Source: Acidobacteriota bacterium (GTDB taxonomy: Bacteria; Acidobacteriota; CAIWXX01). From it: a stretch of 64,000 nucleotides of DNA. Location of the stretch: positions 32,001-96,000 of the forward strand of contig JBFMAF010000028.1 in assembly GCA_040755995.1 (NCBI GenBank), given 5' to 3'. The translations under genes were made by a program, and so were the position numbers. Of this stretch, positions 42,491 through 52,598 are shown piece by piece (the first letter of the stretch is position 1; each line of letters opens with the position of its first letter). The notes beneath the pieces are model-generated. The model searched no databases. It was not told the DNA's origin and saw nothing but the letters and a program-made list of their open reading frames with translations.

Positions 42491-43014
42491 ACCAGCAAGG
42501 GAACTATTGGAAACCCGCGCTTTTTGGAGGGCTCGCCACCGGATTCCTCTCATGGGTGCCCGTGATCAGCGCAGGTAACTGCCTGTGTTGTATGTGGGTG
42601 ATTGCCGGAGGAGTACTGGCAACATACTTCCTCTCGCAGCAATCGCAGGGTTCCGTATCGGCCGGCGATGGAGCGCTGGTCGGACTGATGAGCGGCCTTA
42701 TCGGGGCTCTCGTCACGACGATCCTGAACCTCGTGACTCTGCCCCTCATGGGGCTGTCGGCTCTGCGCAAGCAGCTGGACCAGATGAGAAACCTTCCGGG
42801 GCTGCCGCCGGAAGCTCGCCGGGTCTTCGAAGGGATCGCGTTCGAGGGAGGCTTCGTTCTGGTGATTCTACTGATAGTGCTGGTGGTCTCCCTCGTCATC
42901 TTCTCGATCTTCGGTACCCTCGGCGGCCTGCTCGGCTCCCTGCTCTTCGGCAAGAAGCAGCAGATGCTTCCGCCCGCGCCCCCGCTGCCCCCAGCCCCGC
43001 CGCCGATTGGGTAG
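42487..43014 (+). CDS. Hypothetical membrane protein
   Basis: KPAL.GG...G.LS..P....NCLCC.W...GG; several TM helices; Pro-rich tail. Confidence 0.75.
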   Translation: MNQQGNYWKPALFGGLATGFLSWVPVISAGNCLCCMWVIAGGVLATYFLSQQSQGSVSAGDGALVGLMSGLIGALVTTILNLVTLPLMGLSALRKQLDQMRNLPGLPPEARRVFEGIAFEGGFVLVILLIVLVVSLVIFSIFGTLGGLLGSLLFGKKQQMLPPAPPLPPAPPPIG

Positions 43015-43050
43015 TAGAGAGTGGAGAGTAGAGAGTAGAGAGTGGAGGTG
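43011..43050 (+). repeat. Heptamer tandem repeat (GTAGAGA) with an inverted partial copy near 43096-43115
   Basis: gtagtagagagtggagagtagagagtagagagtggag; ctactctctact downstream. Confidence 0.7.
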
Positions 43051-45618
43051 AAGGCGGGTAGGCCGGCGCCCATCCACCCGGTCTCCACCCCACGCGGTCT
43101 ACTCTCTACTTCTCTCCTCCTCGCTACAGCCCTTCCTCTTGCAGCAGCGTCCCCTCAAACAACGTCGGCCCCTGTACGCTTCGCGTGGCCTCTGGAAATC
43201 AACGACGGGTTCTCCTCGACCTTCGGCGAGTACCGCACGAACCACCTCCACGGCGGCATCGACTTCAAGACGCGGGGCCAGAGCGGCTTCAAGGTGTTCG
43301 CCGCCGCCGACGGTGAGATTTTCCGGATCAAGTGCGAGCGGCGCGGCTACGGGAAGGTGATCTATGTGCGCCATCCCGACGACTGGGTGACAGTGTATGC
43401 GCATCTCGAGGCCTTCGAGAACGAGGTACTGAGGCTGGAGGACCTGCTCGCGCGCCTGCAGCAGGCGGCACGGATGCCTTATCCGGGCGACTACTACCTC
43501 GAAGAGCCGCTACCGGTATCTCGAGGACAAGTCATCGGGTACTCGGGCGAAAGCGGAGCCGGCCTGCCACATCTCCATTTCGAGACCCGCGTGGGGGAGC
43601 TCGAACAGGTCAATCCGTTTCTGGCCGGGTTTGACTGGGCGGGCGACTCGACACCGCCCACCGTACTCTCGGCGACGCTGATTCCGGACGGAGCCGCGGC
43701 CACGGTGATGAATGGGAAGCTGCCCAGGACCGTGCCGTTCCAGAGGAGCGGCGATCGATTCGTCTGGCAGCAGCCGGTGTGGGTCGAGCCGCCGCTGCGC
43801 CTGCTGGTGACAGCGTTCGACGTCGAAGGAACGACGAACAATACATGCAGCCTTTACTCGCTTGTCGTCTCGATCGATGGGGACACGATTTACAGGCTCG
43901 ATAGCGACCGTTTCTCACTGAGGCCCGCGCTTAGAGTCGGGCTCGTCTTCGACTTGAACCGCAACGGCAAGTTCCCCCATGCGTTCACCTACACGCTGGA
44001 TCCCAGAGTCAGCGACTACCTTTCGATCGCTCATTCGCGATTCCCCGTCGAGAGCCTGCCCCTGGGGATACACCACCTGGAGATCGTCGCCTCCGATGTC
44101 TGGGGCAACGCCATGACAGCCGCAGGCGACCTGATCGTGCCGTCCCATCCACTGCTGCAGTTCGGCAACGCACGCGAGGTGGAGACCGGCGTCTTCGAAC
44201 TGCCGTGGTCGGTGACGGGGAGGCGTGGGGCGTCCGAGGAGGTGGTTGTCGAGGTCTCACGAGATGGAGCCGAGACGTTCGCGCCGGTTCGGGTGGAGAC
44301 TCCGCAGGATGCCAGCGGCCTGGTCCGGGTCCTCGCGAGCAGCCCCATCTACAGCCCCGAGCTCATCGTGCGGGGACACGTGCGAGGTGTCGCCAGCATC
44401 AGCGAGTGCGCCGTGGCCACAGTGAACCTGCTGGCCTCCCCGATCTCCCCGATCCAGGCAATCGACATCGATTCCGAGGGACGCCTCACCGTGGACCTGA
44501 AACGCGCCGTGGCCTACACTCTGCGTGCGATTGGATTCGAACCGTTCGCCGAATGGCCGCCGCAGACCATCAGCGCTTCAGGATTGGCAGCGGCCACGAG
44601 GCGCCGGGTCTTCAGTCGCCCCCGGTCCAACTCCAGACGCCTCTACGCCCAGATCGAGTTCGACGGCACCGGCCAGACCGGCGAGGCACCGACTGCCTTT
44701 CTCGTCCCGTGGGTGGCAAGTACCGATGGGACGAGCCACCTGCTCTACCCGAACAGGAACTTCGCGGCTCTGCAGGTCACGTTTGATCGACCGCAGACGA
44801 CGTGGGACGGCATCGGCCAGGTCGACTACCCGGATCACACGCGGCAGCAGCTGAGGTTCGAGCGGATGGATGAGCGCCGATTCACAGCCTCGCTCGCGCC
44901 GCCGCCGATGACCGGCGCCGCCGTCGTGAGCTTTCTCTCGCGCACAATCAGGGTCGACATCCGTCGAGTCCACGCCGACAGTTCGCAGAGGTTCGTCGAT
45001 GGAAACTTCATCGTCACCTTTGAACGCGGCGCCGCGTACTCCGACTTCTTCCTCTGGACGATGCGCGGGCAGCCGTGGAGCGACCCGCTCCTGCGCCAGG
45101 TAGGCGATATCTTTCGCCTGGCCCCCGAAGGCGAGCCCCTGGCCGACGACGCTCACATCCAGATGCAATATCCATCTACAATCCGTGACCCGCTGAAGCT
45201 CGGCATCTACAGCTGGGACTCAGAGGGCTTCTGGGTTTATGAGAACACGGGGTTCGACCGCCACCACCGCCTCGCGTCAGCCTCGGTGATGCGCCTCGGC
45301 CTCTACGCGCTCCTGGAAGACCGCGCCAGGCCAACCGTCAAGATCATCTATCCGCGGCCTTCTTCGCGCGTCAGTCGCGACAAGCTCCGCTCCCTCTTGG
45401 TCGAGATCGAGGATTACGGCAAAGGAGTCGACGAAGGATCGATTCAGGTCACGCTGGATGGGCGCAAGCTCGCGGCCTACTACGACCCAGACAGGCACTG
45501 GGCTGCCTACGTCATCAAGAACCCGCTGAAGATCGGCCGCCATACCCTTCGCGCTTCCGCGCGCGACCTCGCGGGCAACTACGGGATTCCTGCCGCGGGC
45601 GTGTTCTATGCGAAGTGA
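43042..45618 (+). CDS. M23-family metallopeptidase with long Ig-like C-terminal region
   Basis: STFGEYR..HLHGGID (HxxxD), GYGK, YAHL, PHLHFE (HxH); start uncertain. Confidence 0.85.
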   Translation: MEVKAGRPAPIHPVSTPRGLLSTSLLLATALPLAAASPQTTSAPVRFAWPLEINDGFSSTFGEYRTNHLHGGIDFKTRGQSGFKVFAAADGEIFRIKCERRGYGKVIYVRHPDDWVTVYAHLEAFENEVLRLEDLLARLQQAARMPYPGDYYLEEPLPVSRGQVIGYSGESGAGLPHLHFETRVGELEQVNPFLAGFDWAGDSTPPTVLSATLIPDGAAATVMNGKLPRTVPFQRSGDRFVWQQPVWVEPPLRLLVTAFDVEGTTNNTCSLYSLVVSIDGDTIYRLDSDRFSLRPALRVGLVFDLNRNGKFPHAFTYTLDPRVSDYLSIAHSRFPVESLPLGIHHLEIVASDVWGNAMTAAGDLIVPSHPLLQFGNAREVETGVFELPWSVTGRRGASEEVVVEVSRDGAETFAPVRVETPQDASGLVRVLASSPIYSPELIVRGHVRGVASISECAVATVNLLASPISPIQAIDIDSEGRLTVDLKRAVAYTLRAIGFEPFAEWPPQTISASGLAAATRRRVFSRPRSNSRRLYAQIEFDGTGQTGEAPTAFLVPWVASTDGTSHLLYPNRNFAALQVTFDRPQTTWDGIGQVDYPDHTRQQLRFERMDERRFTASLAPPPMTGAAVVSFLSRTIRVDIRRVHADSSQRFVDGNFIVTFERGAAYSDFFLWTMRGQPWSDPLLRQVGDIFRLAPEGEPLADDAHIQMQYPSTIRDPLKLGIYSWDSEGFWVYENTGFDRHHRLASASVMRLGLYALLEDRARPTVKIIYPRPSSRVSRDKLRSLLVEIEDYGKGVDEGSIQVTLDGRKLAAYYDPDRHWAAYVIKNPLKIGRHTLRASARDLAGNYGIPAAGVFYAK

Positions 45619-45741
45619 CCCGTTCCGCAGCCATCCTCGACAACGCCCAGATCGTTGAGTCGACGAACCACCCGCTGGCGCTCAGGCCGACCTCTCCACG
45701 GATGCAAGAGCGACACGACTGGACTTCGGTAATAGCTCAAA

Positions 45742-45771
45742 CTTGACAAAGATACACTCAAGAATTATATT
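45742..45771 (+). promoter_or_regulatory. dnaK promoter overlapped by an HspR-associated inverted repeat (HAIR)
   Basis: CTTGACA-N7-ACTCAAG (HAIR consensus CTTGAGT-N7-ACTCAAG); TTGACA-N17-TATATT. Confidence 0.85.
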
Positions 45772-45803
45772 GGTATGGGACTAAGGATAGATGGAGTGAC
45801 AGC

Positions 45804-47705
45804 ATGAGCAAAATCATCGGGATAGACCTGGGCACCACGAACTCGGTGGTGGCAGTGATGGAGGGTGGAGAGCCTGTAGTTATCACGAACCCTGAGGGGA
45901 GCAGGCTGACCCCCTCGGTTGTTGCCTTCACGAAGTCGGGCGAGCGGCTCGTCGGTCAGGTGGCAAAGCGGCAGGCGGTGACGAACCCGACAAACACGGT
46001 GTTTTCTATCAAGCGCTTCATGGGTCGTCGTTATGGCGAGGTCAACGAGGAGATCAAGCTGGTGCCGTACAAGGTGACCCAGGCGCCCAACGGCGATGCG
46101 CGGGTCGAGATCATGGGTAAGCAGTACTCCCCGCCGGAGATCTCCGCGATGATACTACAGAAGATGAAGGCGTCGGCGGAGGCGTACTTGGGCGAGAAGA
46201 TAGAGAAAGCCGTCGTGACGGTGCCGGCATATTTCAACGACAGCCAGCGGCAGGCCACCAAGGATGCCGGCAAGATCTCCGGGCTCGACGTGGTGAGAAT
46301 CGTGAACGAACCGACGGCGGCAGCCCTCGCCTACGGGCTCGACAAGAAGAAGGATGAAACCATCGCCGTGTACGACTTCGGTGGCGGAACCTTCGACATC
46401 TCCATTCTGGAGGTCGGCGAGGGTGTGGTCGAGGTCAAGTCGACCAACGGCGACACGCACCTCGGCGGCGACGACATCGACCAGCGGGTCATCGACTGGA
46501 TCGTGGACGAATTCATCAAAGACCAGGGGATCGACCTCAGCAAGGACCCGATGGCGATGCAGCGGCTCAAGGAGACCGCGGAGAAGGCGAAGATCGAGCT
46601 CTCGACCACACTCGAGACCGACATCAACCTGCCGTTCATCACCGCCGACGCAGCGGGCCCGAAGCACCTGGTCATGAAGCTCACCAGGTCAAAACTGGAG
46701 CAGCTCGCGGATGATCTGATCCAGCGCACCGTCGGGCCCTGCAAGCAGGCCATCAAGGACGCGGGGATCTCGCCCCAACAGATCAACGAGGTTGTGCTGG
46801 TCGGGGGCTCCACGCGCATTCCGAAGGTGCAGGAACAGGTGCGCGAGCTCTTCGGCAGGGAGCCCCACAAGGGCGTCAACCCGGACGAGGTTGTGGCGGT
46901 CGGAGCCGCCGTGCAGGCGGGCGTCCTGGCAGGTGACGTCAAGGACCTGTTGCTCCTGGATGTGACGCCGCTGACGCTCGGCATCGAGACGCTCGGCGGT
47001 GTCTTCACGAAACTCATCGAACGCAACACCACAATTCCGACGCGCAAGAGCGAGATCTTCTCGACGGCCGCCGACAACCAGACGCAGGTCGAGATCCACG
47101 TGCTGCAGGGCGAACGCCCGATGGCATCGGACAACCGTACGCTGGGCAAGTTCCACCTGGTGGGTATCCCGTCGGCTCCGCGCGGCGTTCCCCAGATCGA
47201 GGTCACCTTCGATATCGATGCCAACGGCATCCTCAACGTTTCGGCGAAGGACCTCGGGACGGGCCGCGAGCAGAAGATCACTATCACATCCTCCTCGGGC
47301 CTCAACAAGGATGAGATCGACAAGATGGTCAGAGAGGCGCAGACGCATTCGGACGACGATCGCCGCAAGCAGGCGGAGATCGAGCTGCGCAACCGCGCCG
47401 ACAGCATGATCTACACAACCGAGAAGACTCTCGCCGAGCATCGGGACAAGGTGCCGTCTGAAGATGCGCGGGCCGTCGAGGACGCGATCGCGATGACGAA
47501 GAAGGCCATGGACAGCGGATCCTCGGATCAGATCCATTCGGCCCTCGAGACCCTCACCAGGGCGTCGCACAAGCTGGCCGAGTCGATCTACAAGGGCACC
47601 TCGCGCGCCCAGCCGCAGGCCGAACGCGCCGGGGAGGGAGCAGGCCAGAAGAAGGCCGACGATGTGATCGACGCCGAGTTCGTCGACGAAGAAGGCAAGA
47701 AGTAG
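45804..47705 (+). CDS. dnaK: Molecular chaperone DnaK
   Basis: [44 protein letters not shown]. Confidence 0.99.
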   Translation: MSKIIGIDLGTTNSVVAVMEGGEPVVITNPEGSRLTPSVVAFTKSGERLVGQVAKRQAVTNPTNTVFSIKRFMGRRYGEVNEEIKLVPYKVTQAPNGDARVEIMGKQYSPPEISAMILQKMKASAEAYLGEKIEKAVVTVPAYFNDSQRQATKDAGKISGLDVVRIVNEPTAAALAYGLDKKKDETIAVYDFGGGTFDISILEVGEGVVEVKSTNGDTHLGGDDIDQRVIDWIVDEFIKDQGIDLSKDPMAMQRLKETAEKAKIELSTTLETDINLPFITADAAGPKHLVMKLTRSKLEQLADDLIQRTVGPCKQAIKDAGISPQQINEVVLVGGSTRIPKVQEQVRELFGREPHKGVNPDEVVAVGAAVQAGVLAGDVKDLLLLDVTPLTLGIETLGGVFTKLIERNTTIPTRKSEIFSTAADNQTQVEIHVLQGERPMASDNRTLGKFHLVGIPSAPRGVPQIEVTFDIDANGILNVSAKDLGTGREQKITITSSSGLNKDEIDKMVREAQTHSDDDRRKQAEIELRNRADSMIYTTEKTLAEHRDKVPSEDARAVEDAIAMTKKAMDSGSSDQIHSALETLTRASHKLAESIYKGTSRAQPQAERAGEGAGQKKADDVIDAEFVDEEGKK

Positions 47706-47757
47706 AGGCCATGAGAACGCGCGCGCGAGGCGAGCCTCCGCGCGCCGCCAGGCGGCC

Positions 47758-48879
47758 ATGGAACCGAAGGACTACTACAAGATCCTCGGGGTCGGCCGCG
47801 ATGCGTCGACCGCGGAGATAAAGAAGGCCTACAAAAAGCTCGCTCGCAAGTTTCATCCCGACTTGAATCCGGGGGACAAGGCGGCCGAGGGCCGGTTCAA
47901 AGAGGTCAGCGAAGCACACGACGTCCTGACCGACCCTCAGAAGCGCGAGAAGTACGACCGTTTCGGCACGATTTCGGACTTCGGAGGTGCCGGCCCCGGG
48001 ACGACCCACACCTACGGGTTCGAGGGGTTCGACTGGAGCGACTCTTCGCAGTTCGGCTCCACCTCTTTCAAGGACATCTTCTCCGACCTCTTTCGCGGTG
48101 CATTCGGCGGGCAGCAGGACGAGGAACAACAAGCGCCCGCAGGCGACGATATCCAGTACACGATGAACCTGGGCTTCGAGGACGCGATGCGCGGCCTGAC
48201 GACGCGAATCCAGGTGGCGAGACTGCAGCACTGCCCGCGCTGCCGCGGCGCAGGGAGGGATACGGGAGCCGAGCGCACCTGCCCTTCCTGCAACGGGACC
48301 GGGCGGGTCATGATGCAGAAGGGACACATGCGGTTCGCGTCCGCGTGCACGCGATGCCAGGGAAAGGGCAAAGAGCGCGGCAGCCCATGCAGCGAGTGCC
48401 ACGGGGATGGGCGGCAGGAGGTCACCGAGGCGCTGCGGGTCCGCATCCCTCCCGGTGTCGAGACCGGTTCGAAGGTGCGCATCGCCGGGAAGGGGAATGC
48501 CGGCCGCGGAGGCGGACCGACCGGCGACCTGTACATCATCACGAATGTCTCGTCGCACCCGTTCTTCACGCGTGAGGGTGACAACATCTACTGCACAATC
48601 CCCGTCACGGTGACCGAGGCGGCGCTGGGGACGAAGATCGACGTCCCGACTCTGGACGGCACCGCCGTCATGAAGATACCACCGGGCACCCAGAGCGGGC
48701 AGAAATTCCGGCTGCGCGAGAAAGGCGCCCAGTCGCTCCGCACCAACCTCCGCGGCGACCAGTTCGTCGAAGTGCGGATCGTGATGCCGCAGATCAAGGA
48801 TGAGCGATCGAAGGAGATTCTCCGCGAGCTCGCGCGCTTGAATCCGTGGAATCCAAGGGAGCATCTCAAGACGTCATGA
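47758..48879 (+). CDS. dnaJ: Molecular chaperone DnaJ
   Basis: DYY.ILGV, HPD, G/F region, four CxxCxGxG repeats. Confidence 0.96.
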   Translation: MEPKDYYKILGVGRDASTAEIKKAYKKLARKFHPDLNPGDKAAEGRFKEVSEAHDVLTDPQKREKYDRFGTISDFGGAGPGTTHTYGFEGFDWSDSSQFGSTSFKDIFSDLFRGAFGGQQDEEQQAPAGDDIQYTMNLGFEDAMRGLTTRIQVARLQHCPRCRGAGRDTGAERTCPSCNGTGRVMMQKGHMRFASACTRCQGKGKERGSPCSECHGDGRQEVTEALRVRIPPGVETGSKVRIAGKGNAGRGGGPTGDLYIITNVSSHPFFTREGDNIYCTIPVTVTEAALGTKIDVPTLDGTAVMKIPPGTQSGQKFRLREKGAQSLRTNLRGDQFVEVRIVMPQIKDERSKEILRELARLNPWNPREHLKTS

Positions 48880-49310
48880 AGAAGAGCGAAAGACGCTATT
48901 TCATGATCAGCACCGTCGCGCAGAGCTATGGCATACATCCGCAGACGCTGCGACTCTATGAGCGGGAGGGCCTTCTGAAGCCGTCGCGCACCGTCGGCAA
49001 CACCCGCGTATATACCGAGAGCGATCTGAAGCAGCTGGAGGTCATTCTGAATCTCACGCGGGATCTCGGCGTGAACCTCGCGGGGGTCGAGATCATTTTG
49101 AACATGCGGAACAAGATGGAGCGCATGCAGGGGGAGATCAACGACTTTCTCAAGTTCCTGGGCGAAGAGCTGCAGCATGGGGCCAACGCGCGGCGCACCG
49201 AACCCAAGCACGCCCTCATGCGCATCGCTCAGACAAAGCTGATCCGGGTGAGCGACGACGCCGCCGAGGCGATGCCCGGCGGGCCCCGGGAAGACAAGGG
49301 CCGGCGGTAG
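48876..49310 (+). CDS. hspR: MerR-family heat-shock repressor HspR
   Basis: [31 protein letters not shown]...LGVNLAGV; coupled to dnaJ; HAIR upstream. Confidence 0.9.
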   Translation: MKKSERRYFMISTVAQSYGIHPQTLRLYEREGLLKPSRTVGNTRVYTESDLKQLEVILNLTRDLGVNLAGVEIILNMRNKMERMQGEINDFLKFLGEELQHGANARRTEPKHALMRIAQTKLIRVSDDAAEAMPGGPREDKGRR

Positions 49311-49519
49311 CAAGGGCAGGGCCTCAGAACCACGAGGCATGTCCGCCTCCGCCGTACCCGGGCCGGAGGCCGGTACCCGAACGCGTACACGATCGTGATA
49401 CTGCGGGATCGTCATCGATTGCAGGCCGGCGCATCCCTTCGCCCAGACTCCGGTGATCCACCCGCTGCGGCGTTCGCTGTTTTTCCCCGACCGGGCGTAT
49501 AATAGGGGCGGTGTCGAAG

Positions 49520-50377
49520 ATGGGCCACAAGCATCACTCGCTGGACAAGCTCTCGACTGACAACCTGAGGCTCTACCTGCGAGAGATCTCGCGCATGCCT
49601 GCGCTGACGCACGAAGAGGAGCTCGAGCTGGGCGAGAAGGCGAGGCAGGGGGATGAGGAGGCGATCCACAGGCTGGTCGAGTCCAATCTGCGCTTCGTGG
49701 TCGCTTATGCCAAGCGGTACAAGCACATGAACGTGAACTTCATGGACCTGATCAACGCGGGCAACCTGGGCCTCCTTGAGGCTGCCCGCCGGTACAATCC
49801 CGACAGGAACCTGCGTTTCATCACTTACGCGGTGTGGTGGATCCGCCAGGCCATCCTGTCGTCCCTGTCCAGCCAGAGCCGGGCCTTTTCGGTGCCTCAG
49901 CGCGTGGCGAACCTGCTCTACCGAATCGGCAAGAAGTCGCACCATCTCTCGCACGAACTGAACCGCGAGCCGTCGAACGCAGAACTGGCCGACAGCTTCG
50001 ACATGACCGACGCGCAGATGGACGACCTGCTGGCGCTCGATGCGAAGGAGGTGTCGCTCAACCAGCAGGTAGGTGAAGAAGACAGCCGCGACATCGAGAG
50101 CGTGCTCGAGGTCCCGACCGTGGATCCGGTCGAAGATGCGATGATACGCGAATCGTTGCTGCAGCAGATCGACGAGTCGCTCAACGAGCTCGATCCGAAG
50201 GAGCGCGAAGTCATAAGCCTGCGGTTCGGGTTGGATGGGGGCGAGGCGAGGACGCTGAAGGAAGTGGGCGACCTTCTTCGCCTGTCGCGCGAGCGCGTGC
50301 GCCAGATCGAGGCCCGCGCGAAGCACAAGCTCAGGCAGAGCCAGAAGTTCCGTTCGCTGCTCGGATACCTGAACTGA
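49520..50377 (+). CDS. RNA polymerase sigma-70 factor (RpoD/RpoS-like, no region 1.1)
   Basis: LYLREI, LVESNLRFVV, DLI.AGNLGL, FITYAVWWIRQ, TLKEVG....SRERVRQIE. Confidence 0.92.
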   Translation: MGHKHHSLDKLSTDNLRLYLREISRMPALTHEEELELGEKARQGDEEAIHRLVESNLRFVVAYAKRYKHMNVNFMDLINAGNLGLLEAARRYNPDRNLRFITYAVWWIRQAILSSLSSQSRAFSVPQRVANLLYRIGKKSHHLSHELNREPSNAELADSFDMTDAQMDDLLALDAKEVSLNQQVGEEDSRDIESVLEVPTVDPVEDAMIRESLLQQIDESLNELDPKEREVISLRFGLDGGEARTLKEVGDLLRLSRERVRQIEARAKHKLRQSQKFRSLLGYLN

Positions 50378-50492
50378 CGACAGCCGTGTCTGCGCGAGCC
50401 GCTTCGAAACTCACAGTACCAGCCGAACGCGCACTGCGTGCGACGCTGGGCCGCGGTGACGCGGTGACGCCGTGAGCCGGACGGAGATTGCG

Positions 50493-51332
50493 ATGACCAA
50501 GGCGGGTGTCTGCGAGAAGTGCGGAGGCACGGGATGGGTCATCGAGACGCGGGGAGGCACGAAGCTGGCCAACCGGTGCCGGTGCGTTCTGGAGTCACGG
50601 AGGAAGCGGGATCCCCGGGATGTCGGGGTCCCCGAGCGCTACGCTGACTGCACGCTTGATGGACTGGAAGACAAGAACGCCACCATCAAGGCAGCCAGGA
50701 AGACAGCGAGGAAGTTCATCGAGGACTACCCGGCGGTGAAGGAGGGGCTTTTGTTCATCGGGCCTCCGGGTGTTGGCAAGACGCATATCGCCGTCGCGAT
50801 CTTGAAGGAGATCCTCCGAAAGACGGGCGACCGCTGCCTGTTCTGCGATTACCGGGACCTGCTGATGCAGATCCAGCACAGCTACGATCCTGCTTCAGAG
50901 GTGACAGAGGTGGAGATTCTGGACCCCGTGCTGAACTGTAAGGTACTGTTGTTGGATGAATTGGCCTCTCGCAAGGTGACCGCCTGGATGCACGACATGA
51001 TGTTCTACGTCCTCAATCAACGTTACAGCAACAACATGATCACACTGATCACTACCAACTTCCTTGACTCCGAGACCCTAGCCAGCAGACGCCGGCGCGG
51101 GACAGCCGAGAACGGGCATGTGGAGAAGTCCTGGTCCACGCCGCTGACGTATCCCAAGGATTCTGGGACCCCGATCAGCTCTCCATCGAAGGACAAAGAT
51201 GAGGAGAGCCTGGAAGAACGGATCGGTGTGCGTGCCGTCAGTCGCATCCACGAGATGTGCAAGTTCGTGCCCATGGAGGGCGAGGACTATCGCAGGGCAA
51301 TCATTCACAAGAAACACGGCCGGCTGGATTGA
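50493..51332 (+). CDS. DnaC/IstB-like AAA+ ATPase with N-terminal Zn finger
   Basis: CEKCGGTGW...CRC; GPPGVGKTH; LLLDEL; TTN; ERIG.R..SRIHEMC. Confidence 0.85.
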   Translation: MTKAGVCEKCGGTGWVIETRGGTKLANRCRCVLESRRKRDPRDVGVPERYADCTLDGLEDKNATIKAARKTARKFIEDYPAVKEGLLFIGPPGVGKTHIAVAILKEILRKTGDRCLFCDYRDLLMQIQHSYDPASEVTEVEILDPVLNCKVLLLDELASRKVTAWMHDMMFYVLNQRYSNNMITLITTNFLDSETLASRRRRGTAENGHVEKSWSTPLTYPKDSGTPISSPSKDKDEESLEERIGVRAVSRIHEMCKFVPMEGEDYRRAIIHKKHGRLD

Positions 51333-51409
51333 TGTGCGGTTTGGAAAAGATAGAGCCGGCCCCGCAGTACCATTACGACATCTGTAGTAATAAGGAGGCG
51401 CATCCGATC

Positions 51410-52402
51410 ATGATCGAGCTGGACCAGCAGCGAATCAACGAGAAAGTCATCAGAGAGAGCGCGTTCGCCGAGGCACTTGTCGGCGAGATCAAGAAGGTGA
51501 TCGTCGGGCAGATGTACCTCCTGGATCGCCTTCTAGTGGGACTTCTGGCCAACGGCCACATCCTGCTGGAAGGCGTGCCGGGGCTTGCGAAGACGCTGGC
51601 AGTCAAGACCTTCGCACAGACGATCAACACCGCCTTCCAGCGCATCCAGTTCACCCCGGACCTGCTCCCTGCCGACCTCATCGGCACCATGGTCTACAAC
51701 CCGAAGGACCAGACCTTCTACGCGCGCAAGGGGCCGATTTTTACGAACATCCTGCTGGCCGACGAGATCAATCGCGCGCCGGCCAAGGTTCAAAGCGCGC
51801 TGCTGGAGGCCATGCAGGAGCGGCAGGTGACGATCGGAGAGACCAGCTACAAGCTCACCGAGCCCTTCATGGTGCTCGCCACTCAAAACCCGATCGAGTC
51901 CGAGGGCACGTACGCGCTGCCGGAGGCCCAGGTCGACCGATTCATGCTGAAGCTCAAGATCGACTACCCCGACAAGAAGGAAGAGAAGGCCATCATGGAA
52001 CGGATGGTCCCCGGAGACGAGATCCCGGTCGACACCGTCGCCACGCCCGAGACCATCCTCCACGCCCGCCAGGTCGTGAAGGACATCTACGTAGACGAGC
52101 GCATCAAGGACTACATCGTCGACATCGTGTTCGCCACGCGCTTCCCTGACCAGTACGGCCTGGAGGACCTCAAGGGCCTCGTGCAGTACGGCGCTTCGCC
52201 GCGCGCCACGCTCTATCTGACGCAGGCCGGCAAGGCCCATGCCTTCATGCGCATGCGCGGCTACGTCACACCGGAGGACGTGAAATCAATCGGCTACGAC
52301 ATCCTGCGCCACAGAATCATCCTCTCGTACGAGGCCGAGGCCGAGGAGATCACGACCGAAGACGTGATCCGCAAGATCTTCGACAAGATCCCGGTCCCGT
52401 AG
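51410..52402 (+). CDS. MoxR-family AAA+ ATPase
   Basis: LEGVPGLAKT, RIQFTPDLLPAD, DEINRAPAKVQSALLEAMQE, ATQNPIE.EGTY.LPEAQ.DRF. Confidence 0.95.
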   Translation: MIELDQQRINEKVIRESAFAEALVGEIKKVIVGQMYLLDRLLVGLLANGHILLEGVPGLAKTLAVKTFAQTINTAFQRIQFTPDLLPADLIGTMVYNPKDQTFYARKGPIFTNILLADEINRAPAKVQSALLEAMQERQVTIGETSYKLTEPFMVLATQNPIESEGTYALPEAQVDRFMLKLKIDYPDKKEEKAIMERMVPGDEIPVDTVATPETILHARQVVKDIYVDERIKDYIVDIVFATRFPDQYGLEDLKGLVQYGASPRATLYLTQAGKAHAFMRMRGYVTPEDVKSIGYDILRHRIILSYEAEAEEITTEDVIRKIFDKIPVP

Positions 52403-52598
52403 CAGGCCCACCCAGTGGGTCGCCCATCGTGATCGTAGACGATGCCAGACACGAGGGTCCGTTCAAGTTCACGTCGACGTCCACGAGCACGAAGGCGCAT
52501 GCGATGGGCCGAGATGAGGATTGACACACCGTTCCCGAGACCTGTCTCAATCGCAACATGGTTCTTCACGAAGCCAATCTGAGGACCCGGAGGAGATC

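Noticed and set aside
50493..51332. IstB-like ATPase as evidence of an IS21 element or prophage
   Set aside because: No IstA, terminal repeats or phage genes nearby; the context is housekeeping.
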